Below are positions 8,418-19,087 of a stretch of 64,000 nucleotides of DNA, one piece after another (within the stretch, counting starts at the first letter, position 1; every line of letters begins with the position of its first letter). The notes under the pieces were generated by a model that searched no databases, was not told the DNA's origin, and was given only the letters and a program-made list of their open reading frames with translations. The stretch covers positions 19,923 through 83,922 of the forward strand of contig CAZFKU010000001.1 in the NCBI GenBank assembly GCA_964518835.1, given 5' to 3'. This DNA is from an uncultured bacterium. Its GTDB lineage: Bacteria > Fidelibacterota > Marinisomatia > Marinisomatales > AB-629-J13. The position numbers were made by a program, and so were the translations under genes.

Positions 8418-10575
8418 TAATTCATCCTTTTTATGTTTACAAAAGATTAAAATTAAGCACTTTACATTGATTTTACTTCTGAGTATTATATTAATATCTC
8501 CATTGATCTCAAAGGAAAACTATAAATCATTAACTGAATCTGCAGATATAGTAATAAATGCATTTGGTAATCAACCCACTCGAACAGATTATAATTGGAG
8601 AGATCTCACCCCTGCCCTGCATGAAATCAGTATTCACGGTCATTCACTACCACAGGAAACTCAAAATCAACTCGAATCCATTGGATTTAATTTTTCCGAA
8701 ACTGTAGTAAACCGTACTTTTGAACTCAGGTCAGAAGCAAGCGGGATGGACCAAACTTATGACACGGGGATTTTTCGTTTTCATTATACCACAGAAGGAA
8801 ATCACGGAGTGGATGAATCAGATTATAATTCCAACTCCATACCAGATTATATTGAATTGATGGCGGAGACTTTTGTTCATGTGTATGATAAACAAATCAA
8901 TGAAATGGGATACATCAGACCACCGGGAGACGCCTGGGTAGAAAATTACGCTGGTGATTATGATTACGGTGGTTCAAACCACTACGATGTGTATGTACGT
9001 CGACTATCTTCATCATACTATGGTTATGTCAAATCAGAATATACAGCCAACAATACAGGGAATAATGAATTTTCTCCCAATGTAATTGAACAGAACGCCC
9101 TCACCAGTTACATGGCAATGCGTAATAATTATGATGGTTTTCCTAATAGTGAAATAGAGTGTATCCAGGTTACAGCAGCGCATGAATTTTTACACGCAAT
9201 TCAATATGGTTATGATGGTTATGAAGAGCCATGGTTATTGGAATCAACAGCAGTATGGATGGAAGAAGAAATATACGATGATATCAATGACCATTATCAA
9301 TACATGAATTCATGGTTCAACGAACCACAGAAATCTTTGGATCATTCCGGGGGAACCCATTGGTATGGCTCATGGATTTTTTTTGAATATATTGATGAGC
9401 ATTTAGGTGGACCGGAAATGATAAAAATAATATTTGAGGAAGGAGTCAGCACCAACAGCCAGAATGCGGATTTCAGTATTAAAGCAATTGATGATGGTTT
9501 GGCAACTATTGGTGCGTCATTTCGAGATGCTTTTAATGGGATGGCAGTTGCTAATGTGGTCATGTCTTCAAACCCTGGTAGTAGCGCAGAAATGTACAGT
9601 TATGAAGAAGCGGAAGATTTTCCGGTAGATGGACCAGATATTTATCGAACAGTCAATTACTCTGATGGGGAAGTGGAATTTGTTCAAAGCACATCCTTGA
9701 ATCAATATGCTAGTCAATATGTAATAATAAATACGGAAACTCCCATTCTGGTTACGCTGGATACTTTGGATCAATCACCATCAGAATTTGGATTACATGG
9801 TGTGGTTAAATACTTTAATGATGATTATGAAGTAATTTCCGGTGATTCATTATTTATTCATAATTCATTGAATAGTGCAGAAGAGATTTATGCTGTTATT
9901 GTCAGTGAGGATGAAAACGCTTTTGATTTTGATTATTCATTAAAAATCGAAACAGCCAATACACCTCCTGCACCCTTTCTCCTGCAGTCACCAGAAACTA
10001 ACAGCCGTATATCTGGAAGATTTCCCGAATTTACGTGGTTACCATCAAAGGATAACAACCCTATGGACAGCGTGTACTATGTTCTTGAAATAGGAAAGAA
10101 TATAGAAAATCTGGTTTTTGTTTACAACGGAGCGGATAATTTTTACACACCAACTGATCCCATGGATGAAAATATTATTTATTACTGGCAGGTGTATGCT
10201 TATGATTTAGGAGACAATAAAACCTACAATTCAAATGGAATTCACCGATTTTTAATTCGAACATCATCACCGCAGAGTGATGTTATGTTCACATCTGTTT
10301 ACCCAAATCCATTTCCCTCGGTTAATCCCACTATAAACACAATTCGTTTCACCCTATTCCTTGAAGTTGAAGAGTATTTTAAAGTAACAGTCACAGATTT
10401 GTTGGGACGAAAAGTTGCTGAAATTTTCGATGGTACATTAAGTCCGGGATTTTATGACCATCTTTCCTGGAATGGACACAATATGAACGGGAATAAGTCT
10501 CCCTCAGGAATTTATTATTTTATAATTGAAACGGAATCAGATGTGAAGAATCACAAAATTACTTTAATTCGCTGA
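8404..10575 (+). CDS. secreted HExxH metalloprotease-like protein with fn3-like domain and T9SS sorting domain
   Basis: Start MKRVSNSS...HFTLILLLSIILISPLIS at 8404 (track start 8329). HEFLH at 9181-9195. fn3-like segment FTWLPSKD...YYWQVYAYD. C-terminal YPNPFP...KITLIR sorting domain. It lacks the shared cassette. Confidence 0.75.
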   Translation: MKRVSNSSFLCLQKIKIKHFTLILLLSIILISPLISKENYKSLTESADIVINAFGNQPTRTDYNWRDLTPALHEISIHGHSLPQETQNQLESIGFNFSETVVNRTFELRSEASGMDQTYDTGIFRFHYTTEGNHGVDESDYNSNSIPDYIELMAETFVHVYDKQINEMGYIRPPGDAWVENYAGDYDYGGSNHYDVYVRRLSSSYYGYVKSEYTANNTGNNEFSPNVIEQNALTSYMAMRNNYDGFPNSEIECIQVTAAHEFLHAIQYGYDGYEEPWLLESTAVWMEEEIYDDINDHYQYMNSWFNEPQKSLDHSGGTHWYGSWIFFEYIDEHLGGPEMIKIIFEEGVSTNSQNADFSIKAIDDGLATIGASFRDAFNGMAVANVVMSSNPGSSAEMYSYEEAEDFPVDGPDIYRTVNYSDGEVEFVQSTSLNQYASQYVIINTETPILVTLDTLDQSPSEFGLHGVVKYFNDDYEVISGDSLFIHNSLNSAEEIYAVIVSEDENAFDFDYSLKIETANTPPAPFLLQSPETNSRISGRFPEFTWLPSKDNNPMDSVYYVLEIGKNIENLVFVYNGADNFYTPTDPMDENIIYYWQVYAYDLGDNKTYNSNGIHRFLIRTSSPQSDVMFTSVYPNPFPSVNPTINTIRFTLFLEVEEYFKVTVTDLLGRKVAEIFDGTLSPGFYDHLSWNGHNMNGNKSPSGIYYFIIETESDVKNHKITLIR

Positions 10576-10821
10576 CTCCAGCTTGGCGTTCAATTTTCCT
10601 TCTGCATCCAATTTTTGGAGATCTTCAAATCCGCCTATTGGCTTCCCATCCATCATTATTTGAGGAACTGTCCTCCCTCTGGTCAGATCGTACAAGTCTT
10701 CTCTATTCATCTCTTTTTCCTCAAGATTAATTTCCTCGAAATCGAATCCCCGTAAACTTAGGAGCTGTTTCGCCGCTTTACAATAAGAACACCAATTTGT
10801 GGTATAAATGGTAAAATTCAT
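10564..10821 (-). CDS. grxC: glutaredoxin
   Basis: 85 aa. It has IYTTNWCSYCKAAKQLL (CxxC), RTVPQI and GKPIGGFEDL. Confidence 0.9.
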   Translation of the reverse strand: MNFTIYTTNWCSYCKAAKQLLSLRGFDFEEINLEEKEMNREDLYDLTRGRTVPQIMMDGKPIGGFEDLQKLDAEGKLNAKLESAN

Positions 10822-10854
10822 AATTATTGATTAAATAGGATAAATATCAAGTTT

Positions 10855-12018
10855 TTATTCGAAATAATTCATGATAATTTGACCAGATCCATTACTCCTC
10901 ACCCAATATCCAAATCCCGGGAAAATGCTTTCAGTCGAAGAATAATTTCCATCAAATTTGAAAATCGTACCGGGAATGATTAAATTTTCGGGGTCTTCAA
11001 TTTCCTCAACATCCAATGAAAATGAAATTCCTGAAATCAGATTCCACCCTTCTGTAAGATTAATAGTCAAAGAATTAATTATAGTTCCACTGATATTTGC
11101 CTGATATGGTGTTCCAAACCTCAGCCAGTATCCGATACCAAGTTGTAAATTTTCTACTAATTCATACACACCATCTTCATTGAAAAAAAACAATGAATTA
11201 TCAATCGTATTTTCAAAAATATCCTGATAGAATGAATTTTCAATTTCAACGGAAATGCCAACCATATTCCAGCCGTCCAGAATGTCCATTGAATAGGAAT
11301 TATCCTGCGAAAAATATTTGGCTCCGATATCACTTACGGTTCCGTCTGGATCCATGGATTCAGGGTCTCCTGAATCAATACAGGGAGAGTCAGGATTATA
11401 ACTGAAATCTAAATCAGTTTGATTGACAAATTGGGGATTCTCAAAAATATTTCCTGTACCTGGATAAGGAACACACGGTTCCCAAATGTCCCCTCAGCCG
11501 GGACAGTTTGACATGTAGGTTTCAGAATTTCCCCACCCATTACAATAAGCCAAATTCACATCCGCATCTAATCCTATAATCGCAAGTCCATAGGTATTGT
11601 CAATCAGGTTGCAGTTCCGAATTGTTGTGAACGTATGTTCTCCAACTTGAATTCCCCACACATCGTTGATAAAGTTGCAATCTATTATTTCATGATTTCC
11701 GTATCCCGAAAAATTCACACCATAATAACCGCCATTTATTATAGAGCATCCCTTAATGACCAATGGAGGGGAACTGGTTTCATCCCCTGACATCCAGATT
11801 CCGGTGCCTCCTTGAAGATCAATCACAGCGCCGTTTCCTTCAAGAAAGACCGAGTAAACTGAAGAACCAAATCCGCCGGTATAGATCACATTGGGATCAA
11901 GAACCATATATTTATCATATCCATTCCCGGGACCTGCATTTTGATATACTTCGTATAAATTTTCACCGATGAGAACATTCAGAGATAAAATTAAACTTAT
12001 TAAGATAAAAATTTTCAT
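10855..12018 (-). CDS. secreted right-handed beta-helix protein with an in-frame TGA (candidate Sec codon or pseudogene) and a truncated shared cassette
   Basis: Track ORFs 11494-12018 and 10855-11355 are in one frame (138 nt apart, with no other stop). The read-through sequence NCPG-TGA-GDIWEPCVPYPGTGNIFENPQFVNQTDLDFSYNPDSPCIDSGDPESMDPDGT matches the beta-helix C-cap of the paralogue at 50140-52836. Signal peptide MKIFILISLILSLNVLIG. It ends after the two WNxVG/GYW repeats and has no T9SS tail. Confidence 0.55.
11462..11493 (-). promoter_or_regulatory. SECIS-like stem-loop directly 3' of the in-frame UGA
   Basis: mRNA is UGA GGGGACAUUUGGGAACCGUGUGUUCCUUAUCC. Upper stem is GGGAAC/GUUCCU (6 bp including one G.U) with loop CGUGU. 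The lower GGG/UCC pairing starts right after the UGA. Confidence 0.35.
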
Positions 12019-12028
12019 AATAATTGTT

Positions 12029-14590
12029 TTATTTCAATAGTACCATTTTATGTGAATATTTTTTGTTTTCAAAAGATAAAGTGTAGAAATATATTCCTGC
12101 AGGAAGATTGTTTCCGGCAGAATCTTTTCCATTCCATTCCACCGAGTGATATCCCGGATGGTTTACCCCTTTTTCAAGATTTCTTACAAATTGCCCAGAA
12201 ATATCGAAAATATCCAATGAGATAAATTTATCATTTGAAAGATCAAAGCTGATTAACGTTGTGGGATTGAACGGATTAGGGAAATTTGGATAGAGTATAA
12301 ATTCTTCAGGGAGATTTGTTTGTTTTTCAATATTTAATAAGGGAACATTATTTATTATAGTCTGTCCCATTCCCATAATTGTCGTAACACTTCCATTAGA
12401 TACATCGGTCAAACTCCACTCATTTGAGGAATTGGAGATGTGGTATTCCATATTTAAAAATTCTTTTTCAGCCTGAATTTCAATAATCCCCTTATTTTCA
12501 CAATAAACTACATCTCCTTTAAAACGGATGTCTATTCCACTGCCAATGGGTTTTGGCGGAAGACTGTAGGATGCCCTGTCTTCTTCCGGTATGGAAACAT
12601 CTAAAAATAATTTTACACCATTTATGGAAATCCAGTCAGCATTATGGGTAAGATTATTAAATTGAATAGTCCTGAAAGATTCACCATTTAAGGTAATAAT
12701 ACCTTCTGAATTTGTTCTCACCCAATACCCATTTCCGGGAATTATTTCGTCAGAATTGATATATCCGGATCCCGGTTCATATCCATAAAATGTGTTGGGA
12801 ATCAGGATATTTTCAGGATCAGAAATTTGAGTTGTGGATAATGTGGAGGAAATACCGGAAATTAAATTCCACCCTTCATTGAGTGTTAGGGATTGTTCAT
12901 AAATCGGAAGTCCGGATACTGAAGTCATTCCATCCTCCTGAAAATGAAGCCAGTATCCAGTTCCCGGTTCTAATTCTGACTGGGGTACATATCCGTTTGG
13001 ACCAAAACTGTACAGCGTATTTTCCGTTGAGGTCGGAAAGAGGTCAAAAACCAAATTATCTGATGTATTTACAGGATTACCGACCAAGTTCCAGTCTTCA
13101 CTGTAGTTAACAGGAATTTGGACTTCAGGATTAATCATGTTAAAAACATGGGGATCATATTCACCAATGAAGGGATGATTATATAGATTGCCGGAACTGT
13201 TTACACTTTGAATGTAATACGAAACTTCACAATTCCCAGAACATGCAGGAATAAAGCCGGAAAATTGATTCCCATTATTCCAATAAAGAGAGGAAGTCTG
13301 AAAAATACCATTATCATATTTATATCTTATTTCTGCAAAAAGGTCGGAAACATTTTCATCATCCATTGGAATTAATGTCGCTTCAATTTCAATTCCTTCC
13401 TCCCCAGTTGGTTCCACGTCACCATTTACAGGTGTATGTGAAATAAAGATCATTTCTCTGTCCGCAATACCTTTTGCCCTGCAATGCATGGCATCGGTGG
13501 ACTCCCAACTACCAGTTACGCCTACTATTTCGTATCCGGGCATGGCTTCTTCATAAACATCAAGGGCATCATCATCCCAGGATGACCCGGTTTGAGGGAC
13601 CAACACTTTATCATTTAAAATAATGGAATTTGAGTAAGGCTGATTCTGGGGAGTGTACACTCTGTAAATTTCATAAGAGGTGTTATACCCTGTGGTCTGA
13701 TTTTCAAAATAATCCACAACTTCTTCAATTTCATCGTACTGGGGATGACTCGATTGTACAGATCGAATTAGAATTTTATCTACATCCAGATATTTTGCCC
13801 AGCAGTCTATATGGTCGATATAGGTATTATTTGGATCTTCAATGACATGGTATTCGGGTACGCCTAAATAATTTTCAATTTTATCTCTGATCTGATATTG
13901 GGTCTGGGATGGATTTTCATCAAAAACCAAGGTTGATGAAGCCGCAATTCCCATCCCGTCCGTCATGTAATTTCCGCCGGCAGTGATGACATTCATCCCG
14001 TACAATTCAAGTCCCAGAAAATCTGCCATTTCGATTGGAATATCATTATCTAATGGACGGGGACGGTTGTATGGGAAATTGATAATGGCTAACTCATTAT
14101 TGCCATCAATGATGTACCAGGGACCGTAATCACGTGTCCAATAGGAATTGGACGGAGCAATGAGGAAATTGCAGTTGTTCAGATTTACACCATTTGAGTT
14201 ATACTGGTTGGTCACATAATTCTGCTGACCGGTTGAAGAAACGATGGTTGTTACCAAGATATCTTCAGCCATTTCTGCAATGACCGTATAGGAGATACCA
14301 AACGGATACCGAATCAAAACCCCTTCCATTGGAGCAAATTCAGATATATTATAAATGGGTCCATCCGGAGGATCGGTTTCATAAAATTCCCGGGTGTTTG
14401 TATTTCCTGATGATGCCTCTTCCGGAGTGAGCCAATGAGGGTAGGAATCGGGATGCTTTTTAAACCACTTTTCAGTTTTTTGAACTAAATCATCAATTTG
14501 AGAAGTCTCCCCAAATAGAAAAACAGGAATTATAAATAAAAAAAGAATGAATGAATTATTGAACAATTTTTTGATTGACATGATTGGCAA
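12029..14590 (-). CDS. secreted agmatine deiminase / Porphyromonas-type peptidylarginine deiminase family protein (T9SS cargo)
   Basis: 853 aa with a signal peptide. Guanidino-modifying motifs SYWTRDYGPWYI, GGNYMTDGMG, TYIDHIDCWAKYL and STDAMHCRAKG (Cys codon near 13481-13483). These are followed by the shared cassette (12029-13114) and an FPNPFNP...MVLLK tail. Confidence 0.85.
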   Translation of the reverse strand: MPIMSIKKLFNNSFILFLFIIPVFLFGETSQIDDLVQKTEKWFKKHPDSYPHWLTPEEASSGNTNTREFYETDPPDGPIYNISEFAPMEGVLIRYPFGISYTVIAEMAEDILVTTIVSSTGQQNYVTNQYNSNGVNLNNCNFLIAPSNSYWTRDYGPWYIIDGNNELAIINFPYNRPRPLDNDIPIEMADFLGLELYGMNVITAGGNYMTDGMGIAASSTLVFDENPSQTQYQIRDKIENYLGVPEYHVIEDPNNTYIDHIDCWAKYLDVDKILIRSVQSSHPQYDEIEEVVDYFENQTTGYNTSYEIYRVYTPQNQPYSNSIILNDKVLVPQTGSSWDDDALDVYEEAMPGYEIVGVTGSWESTDAMHCRAKGIADREMIFISHTPVNGDVEPTGEEGIEIEATLIPMDDENVSDLFAEIRYKYDNGIFQTSSLYWNNGNQFSGFIPACSGNCEVSYYIQSVNSSGNLYNHPFIGEYDPHVFNMINPEVQIPVNYSEDWNLVGNPVNTSDNLVFDLFPTSTENTLYSFGPNGYVPQSELEPGTGYWLHFQEDGMTSVSGLPIYEQSLTLNEGWNLISGISSTLSTTQISDPENILIPNTFYGYEPGSGYINSDEIIPGNGYWVRTNSEGIITLNGESFRTIQFNNLTHNADWISINGVKLFLDVSIPEEDRASYSLPPKPIGSGIDIRFKGDVVYCENKGIIEIQAEKEFLNMEYHISNSSNEWSLTDVSNGSVTTIMGMGQTIINNVPLLNIEKQTNLPEEFILYPNFPNPFNPTTLISFDLSNDKFISLDIFDISGQFVRNLEKGVNHPGYHSVEWNGKDSAGNNLPAGIYFYTLSFENKKYSHKMVLLK

Positions 14591-14596
14591 TCTTAT

Positions 14597-17500
14597 TTAC
14601 TTCATCAAAATTATTTTTTTCATTTCCCGAAATTCTTCGGTTTCAATGGTATAAAGATAAACACCTGCGGAAACATGAACTCCATTATCAGAAATTCCAT
14701 TCCATTTTACGGTATGAATTCCTGCAGGGAGATTACCGGAAGCCAAAGTGGATACTTTTTGTCCCATTAAGTTAAACACCGAAATGGATACATCAGAATC
14801 AAGCGGAAGTCCAAATGAGATAGTGGTTTGTGGATTAAAAGGATTGGGATAGGCAGGAAAAAGTGAAAACTCAGCTGGAGTGGAGGCTGATGTGGATTTT
14901 TTTAATATAAACTGATCAGCAATTGAATCTATTGTTAATAGTTGGTCAGCTATTAAATTGATTGCTTCGCTCCACTGCGTTTTACTCGCAATGACGGGAA
15001 CAATTTTCCACTTTTCATTATTTTTTATATCGAATTCAAAAGTTGTAGGTTGTCCATCATGCATCATTTCAATTACACATTCGTCAGATGTGCATAGCTT
15101 GGTATCTCCAGGAAACCGAATGTCACTTGCTCCGATTGGAGGTTTAGGAGGTAAGCTATAACTGAGCAAATTTTCTTCAGACAGGTTTTCCCCGAAATAC
15201 AGTTGCTGATTTCCAACTGTAATTGTATTGAAACTTTTTGGAGGTTGTACAGACCTTGTTCGTCCTGCTGGTGCAGAGGAAGACAGCATAATTTCACCAT
15301 CAGCGGAACTCCTGAGCCAATATCCGTAACCGGGTTCAATGGTTTCTGCTAATGCATAACCATTCTCCTCAAATCCATAAACCGTACCGGGAATAATAAG
15401 ATTGTCCAGATCAATGACGGTATTAACATCAAGAGGAAAGGAAATTCCCGATATGAGATTCCAGTTTTCTGTCAACGAAATTGTAAGGTTGTCCAGAGGC
15501 ATTCCATTCAATGTATTCGGGGCAGCTTCAGAAAAACGAAGCAAATAACCGGTTCCTGTTTCCAAATGTGTATCAGCCAGGTAGCCCTCACTAAATGAAT
15601 ATAAGGTATTTGGAATTGAATTGGGGAACAGAGATTCATAATGTGTTTCTTCTAGATTAACCGAAAGTCCCACCATATTCCAATCTGACATGTAATCTAC
15701 CGTAACCTCAAGTTCTGAAGGTCCGGAAGAAGCCGAAGTAGGAAAGATGATGTAATCCACATAAGCGGCATCTTCTTCAATATAGGTGTTGCCATCGCTG
15801 TTATCTTTCACAAAAGCCCAAGAAAATGTCCGCATACCTGCAGAGACGGGAAAGGAAGTAAATGTCCAGGGAGACTGTCCATTCCCTTCAGGCTGTAACC
15901 AATTCATTGTCTCTCCGTCAATGGAGAAAATTAGACCGTCATAAAAGTAATCTCCTGACGGACTATATTCACAGGCAACACGGTAATAAAAGCTAATTTC
16001 ACCGTCTTCAATCACGTCCATAGTTACATACATGATTGATGCCTGATTATGGGTAAGTTCTGCTGACTTTGCACTGAATGATCCACTATATGAATCTTCG
16101 TTCTCTATTTCCCATTCTGCATTTTCCAAAGTATCCAGGATAATGAAATCTTCCACAGGATCGATTCCAGGCCATTGGATGGAATATCCGGAGAATTCCC
16201 ATGGATAAGAAGTAAATGCACCACTTTCAAAGTCTTCCAGGGCTAATCCGACTGTGACAACAAACGAACTGCCGTTGTAATAATTATTGTCTGCTGTCAC
16301 TGCTAAATCAAAAACAACGCCTTGCCCCAATGGGATGCTTTGAGAAGCAGACACAGAATATGAAACCACCTCTGTGGAATTATCGTTAAGCGATCCAACT
16401 TCACTTTGACTTCCGGAAATTGTAATGCCGGGATGACTTGATGATAAAATGGCAGTCACATTATGAGCGTCTGCACCACCTGAATTTCTAAGTGTCACAT
16501 TCAATGATGCTGATTCTCCCGGATCTAAATTTCCATTACCATTATTGTCGTTAGATACAGAAAATCCATCTGCTTCTACAATGGGTGAATATGCCATTAC
16601 AATAATGTTCTCTTCCCATTCACCAGTGTTTGATTGAATGGAAACATTGAAATTTATATTATGATTATTCGGAACCGATTCAGACACAAAAAAGGTGCAT
16701 GCGGAGGATACGGTTTCACTGGAATTTGGAGGAATGGTTCCAAATGACGAAGACTCGTTTTCTATGGTAACATATTGATCGAACGAATTGAATGAAGCTA
16801 CAACATTTGAAGCAGATTCAATTCCGATATTTTCCAAAGTTACAGAGAGGGTCGCATCCTCACCAAATTCAACCACATCATCATCGCTGGTTTCAGCGGA
16901 ATAATCTGCTACAACAATGTAAGGTCCGCTGGGAGTGACAACAGAAATGGGATCGACTTTTGTTATTCGATTGTATCCTGTGATGGTCAGAGTCAATTCT
17001 CCCGGTTCATCTGGAGGTGGTGAGAGTAACAAAACGACATTACCTGATCCATCGGTATATCCTGATCCCAATAAAGTCCCATTGTTCGATACTGCAACGA
17101 GGGCATCGGTGACGTTTGTTGATACTTCATATCCTTCATCACCAATGAATAAAGTTCCAGTATGTGAAGCAGAAATAGGTGATGGAGTCTCAGAGCGGAT
17201 ATCTAATGATGCATCACCAAAAATTATCCAGGTTAAAAACATATCTATACCGGATTGGGAATACACATCCATCATATTGCATGATCCGTTGTACCAAAGT
17301 CCACCGATAGTATATTTTTTATCCAAAGGGGAATTATTAGAGTAATTATATCCCACAAGTAAATCCATAGCATGATCCTGTGCCCTCATAGGTTCATTCC
17401 AGTATTGATTTACTGTAGAAGCATAAAAAGCGACTGCTCCTGTTGGATTTCCTGTAGAATTATTGGTAGCCCTGAGCCATGCCTCACCAAAACAAGTTGT

Positions 17501-18907
17501 ATTTTCAAATGCCCCATTCACGCACCCAACAGAAATGACATGAGGAAGCATCTCATCATTGGTTAGACTGTTTACCTGAGTAATATTCAGTGAAGCACCA
17601 TTCCCCCATGATGTTTCCGAGCCATGACCGGTGTAATTAATAATTCCACGCCCATCATTAATGGCATTTATACCCTGTTGATCTGTTCCGCTGGGATCGT
17701 AAATTTCATCAACAAATGTATAGGTGTAATCCAGTAATTTATCCCGGATAATAGCGGAGTGATCATCGTCGTATTCTCCGTCATCGCCGGGACCTTGATT
17801 TGAAGCGATTCCCGAACCTTTATGCAGCCATGCGCCACTATCAATATCCCGTTCATAATGGATGGTCCTTTCCACCTGTGTTTGGACATGAGAAAGACTG
17901 GATGCGGAAAATCTACCGACAAATATTTCAGGATAAGGATCGTTCCCTTCCAACAGGGAAAAACTTGGATCTGAACCGCCTCCTCCTCCATTTGAAACCA
18001 TAATGGTTGGAACCTGAGCATGATCTCCAACCAATTGAACAAAGCAAAGTCCATTATTTTGGTCATATTGGGATTGAATAAAATTTTTGATTCCTGTTGA
18101 GTTGGAACCCATTTCATACACATCATATAAATCCGTTTTGATTCCCTTCTGGTTTTTCCAGTCCACATATGGCTGGACAGAACTCATAAAGTCACCATAA
18201 GCAATGACGATCATTCTTCCCCGCTCTTCAACCGTATCATAACGGGTTCTGTCATAATTGATAAAATGTTCGGAATAAAGAGATGAAAAATGTTTATTGA
18301 TAGAAGAAGATTCACGTGTTTTGACATTTTGTGTCCCCAATCCATTTTCAATCACCTCAACTGCAATCTTTGTATAAACCCTCAATGTGTTGGTTACGGG
18401 ATTATATTGGAATGGAAATGCAGTAACTGTCATTCCCCGAACATCTCTCATAATGTAAGGATCACCTAATTCCGCAATTTCTGCAGGATAGAATTCATCA
18501 GTTTTGTAAACTTCGGAAAAAGTGAAAGGGATCGTTTTTGGGTCTATATTCCGTGTGATGCTTCCTTTGGATGGAGCGACTGCCAGATTAAATTCCTTAA
18601 ATTCTGATTCAAGGATATTAATTTCCATTTTAGCATTATCAGGAATGATAATACTGCGAACCATTTTAGGCAGTTGGGGATTTCCTGTTTCAAGAAGAGT
18701 TGGTTCTCCCTGGTAATCCAGATGAAAGTATTCTTTTCCATTTATTGTGATAGCGGATTTTGTGAAATCTCCACCTTCAAAATTCAGGACAGTCCTTCTA
18801 AGGTTTGAAGAGATTAGTTCAACACCAGGGTTACTGTTATTGACTATGACTTTTTCACCGGAAAATATTAAAGAAATTCCAAATAAAAGTGAGAATGTAT
18901 TTTTCAT
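14597..18907 (-). CDS. gingipain-like cysteine peptidase, family C25 (T9SS cargo), paralogue 1
   Basis: 1436 aa with a signal peptide and a propeptide-like N-terminus. Catalytic contexts INYTGHGSETSWG (His428) and VISVGCVNGAF (Cys462). Ig-like repeats, jelly-roll domain at 15740-16243, cassette at 14597-15706, YPNPFNP...IILMK tail. Confidence 0.9.
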   Translation of the reverse strand: MKNTFSLLFGISLIFSGEKVIVNNSNPGVELISSNLRRTVLNFEGGDFTKSAITINGKEYFHLDYQGEPTLLETGNPQLPKMVRSIIIPDNAKMEINILESEFKEFNLAVAPSKGSITRNIDPKTIPFTFSEVYKTDEFYPAEIAELGDPYIMRDVRGMTVTAFPFQYNPVTNTLRVYTKIAVEVIENGLGTQNVKTRESSSINKHFSSLYSEHFINYDRTRYDTVEERGRMIVIAYGDFMSSVQPYVDWKNQKGIKTDLYDVYEMGSNSTGIKNFIQSQYDQNNGLCFVQLVGDHAQVPTIMVSNGGGGGSDPSFSLLEGNDPYPEIFVGRFSASSLSHVQTQVERTIHYERDIDSGAWLHKGSGIASNQGPGDDGEYDDDHSAIIRDKLLDYTYTFVDEIYDPSGTDQQGINAINDGRGIINYTGHGSETSWGNGASLNITQVNSLTNDEMLPHVISVGCVNGAFENTTCFGEAWLRATNNSTGNPTGAVAFYASTVNQYWNEPMRAQDHAMDLLVGYNYSNNSPLDKKYTIGGLWYNGSCNMMDVYSQSGIDMFLTWIIFGDASLDIRSETPSPISASHTGTLFIGDEGYEVSTNVTDALVAVSNNGTLLGSGYTDGSGNVVLLLSPPPDEPGELTLTITGYNRITKVDPISVVTPSGPYIVVADYSAETSDDDVVEFGEDATLSVTLENIGIESASNVVASFNSFDQYVTIENESSSFGTIPPNSSETVSSACTFFVSESVPNNHNINFNVSIQSNTGEWEENIIVMAYSPIVEADGFSVSNDNNGNGNLDPGESASLNVTLRNSGGADAHNVTAILSSSHPGITISGSQSEVGSLNDNSTEVVSYSVSASQSIPLGQGVVFDLAVTADNNYYNGSSFVVTVGLALEDFESGAFTSYPWEFSGYSIQWPGIDPVEDFIILDTLENAEWEIENEDSYSGSFSAKSAELTHNQASIMYVTMDVIEDGEISFYYRVACEYSPSGDYFYDGLIFSIDGETMNWLQPEGNGQSPWTFTSFPVSAGMRTFSWAFVKDNSDGNTYIEEDAAYVDYIIFPTSASSGPSELEVTVDYMSDWNMVGLSVNLEETHYESLFPNSIPNTLYSFSEGYLADTHLETGTGYLLRFSEAAPNTLNGMPLDNLTISLTENWNLISGISFPLDVNTVIDLDNLIIPGTVYGFEENGYALAETIEPGYGYWLRSSADGEIMLSSSAPAGRTRSVQPPKSFNTITVGNQQLYFGENLSEENLLSYSLPPKPPIGASDIRFPGDTKLCTSDECVIEMMHDGQPTTFEFDIKNNEKWKIVPVIASKTQWSEAINLIADQLLTIDSIADQFILKKSTSASTPAEFSLFPAYPNPFNPQTTISFGLPLDSDVSISVFNLMGQKVSTLASGNLPAGIHTVKWNGISDNGVHVSAGVYLYTIETEEFREMKKIILMK

Positions 18908-18947
18908 ATTTTATCCAAGTTTATTAAAGATTAAAAGATTATACTCA

Positions 18948-18953
18948 TTGGAC
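18948..18953 (-). promoter_or_regulatory. possible -10 box (TATAAT) for the C25 paralogue 1 transcript
   Basis: On the minus strand a perfect TATAAT lies 30 nt upstream of the ATG at 18907, just downstream of the terminator-like hairpin. I found no convincing -35 element. Confidence 0.3.
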
Positions 18954-19026
18954 ATTAAGAACGGGAGAAATATTCCTTTAAAATGGATACTTGAGAGTGT
19001 GGATTTTATTGTACATCTCTCCAGGT

Positions 19027-19054
19027 AGAAAAAAGAAGGATTCAATTTAATCCT
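19027..19054 (-). terminator. rho-independent terminator candidate after C25 paralogue 2
   Basis: The minus strand reads AGGATT-aaattg-AATCCT followed by TCTTTTTTC, about 35 nt after the stop at 19088. Confidence 0.55.
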
Positions 19055-19087
19055 GCATGACAAAGACAATCATGGATGATTGCCTTA

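Noticed and set aside
10564-10575. 12-bp overlap of the convergent gene ends (metalloprotease-like gene and glutaredoxin)
   Set aside because: This is a common compact-genome arrangement. There is no hairpin or other signal in the overlap.
19067-19082. Palindrome CAATCAT-gg-ATGATTG just after the stop of C25 paralogue 2
   Set aside because: A 2-nt loop is too tight for a stable RNA hairpin. It could be a protein-binding site, but there is no second copy or partner regulator in the window, so I did not call it.
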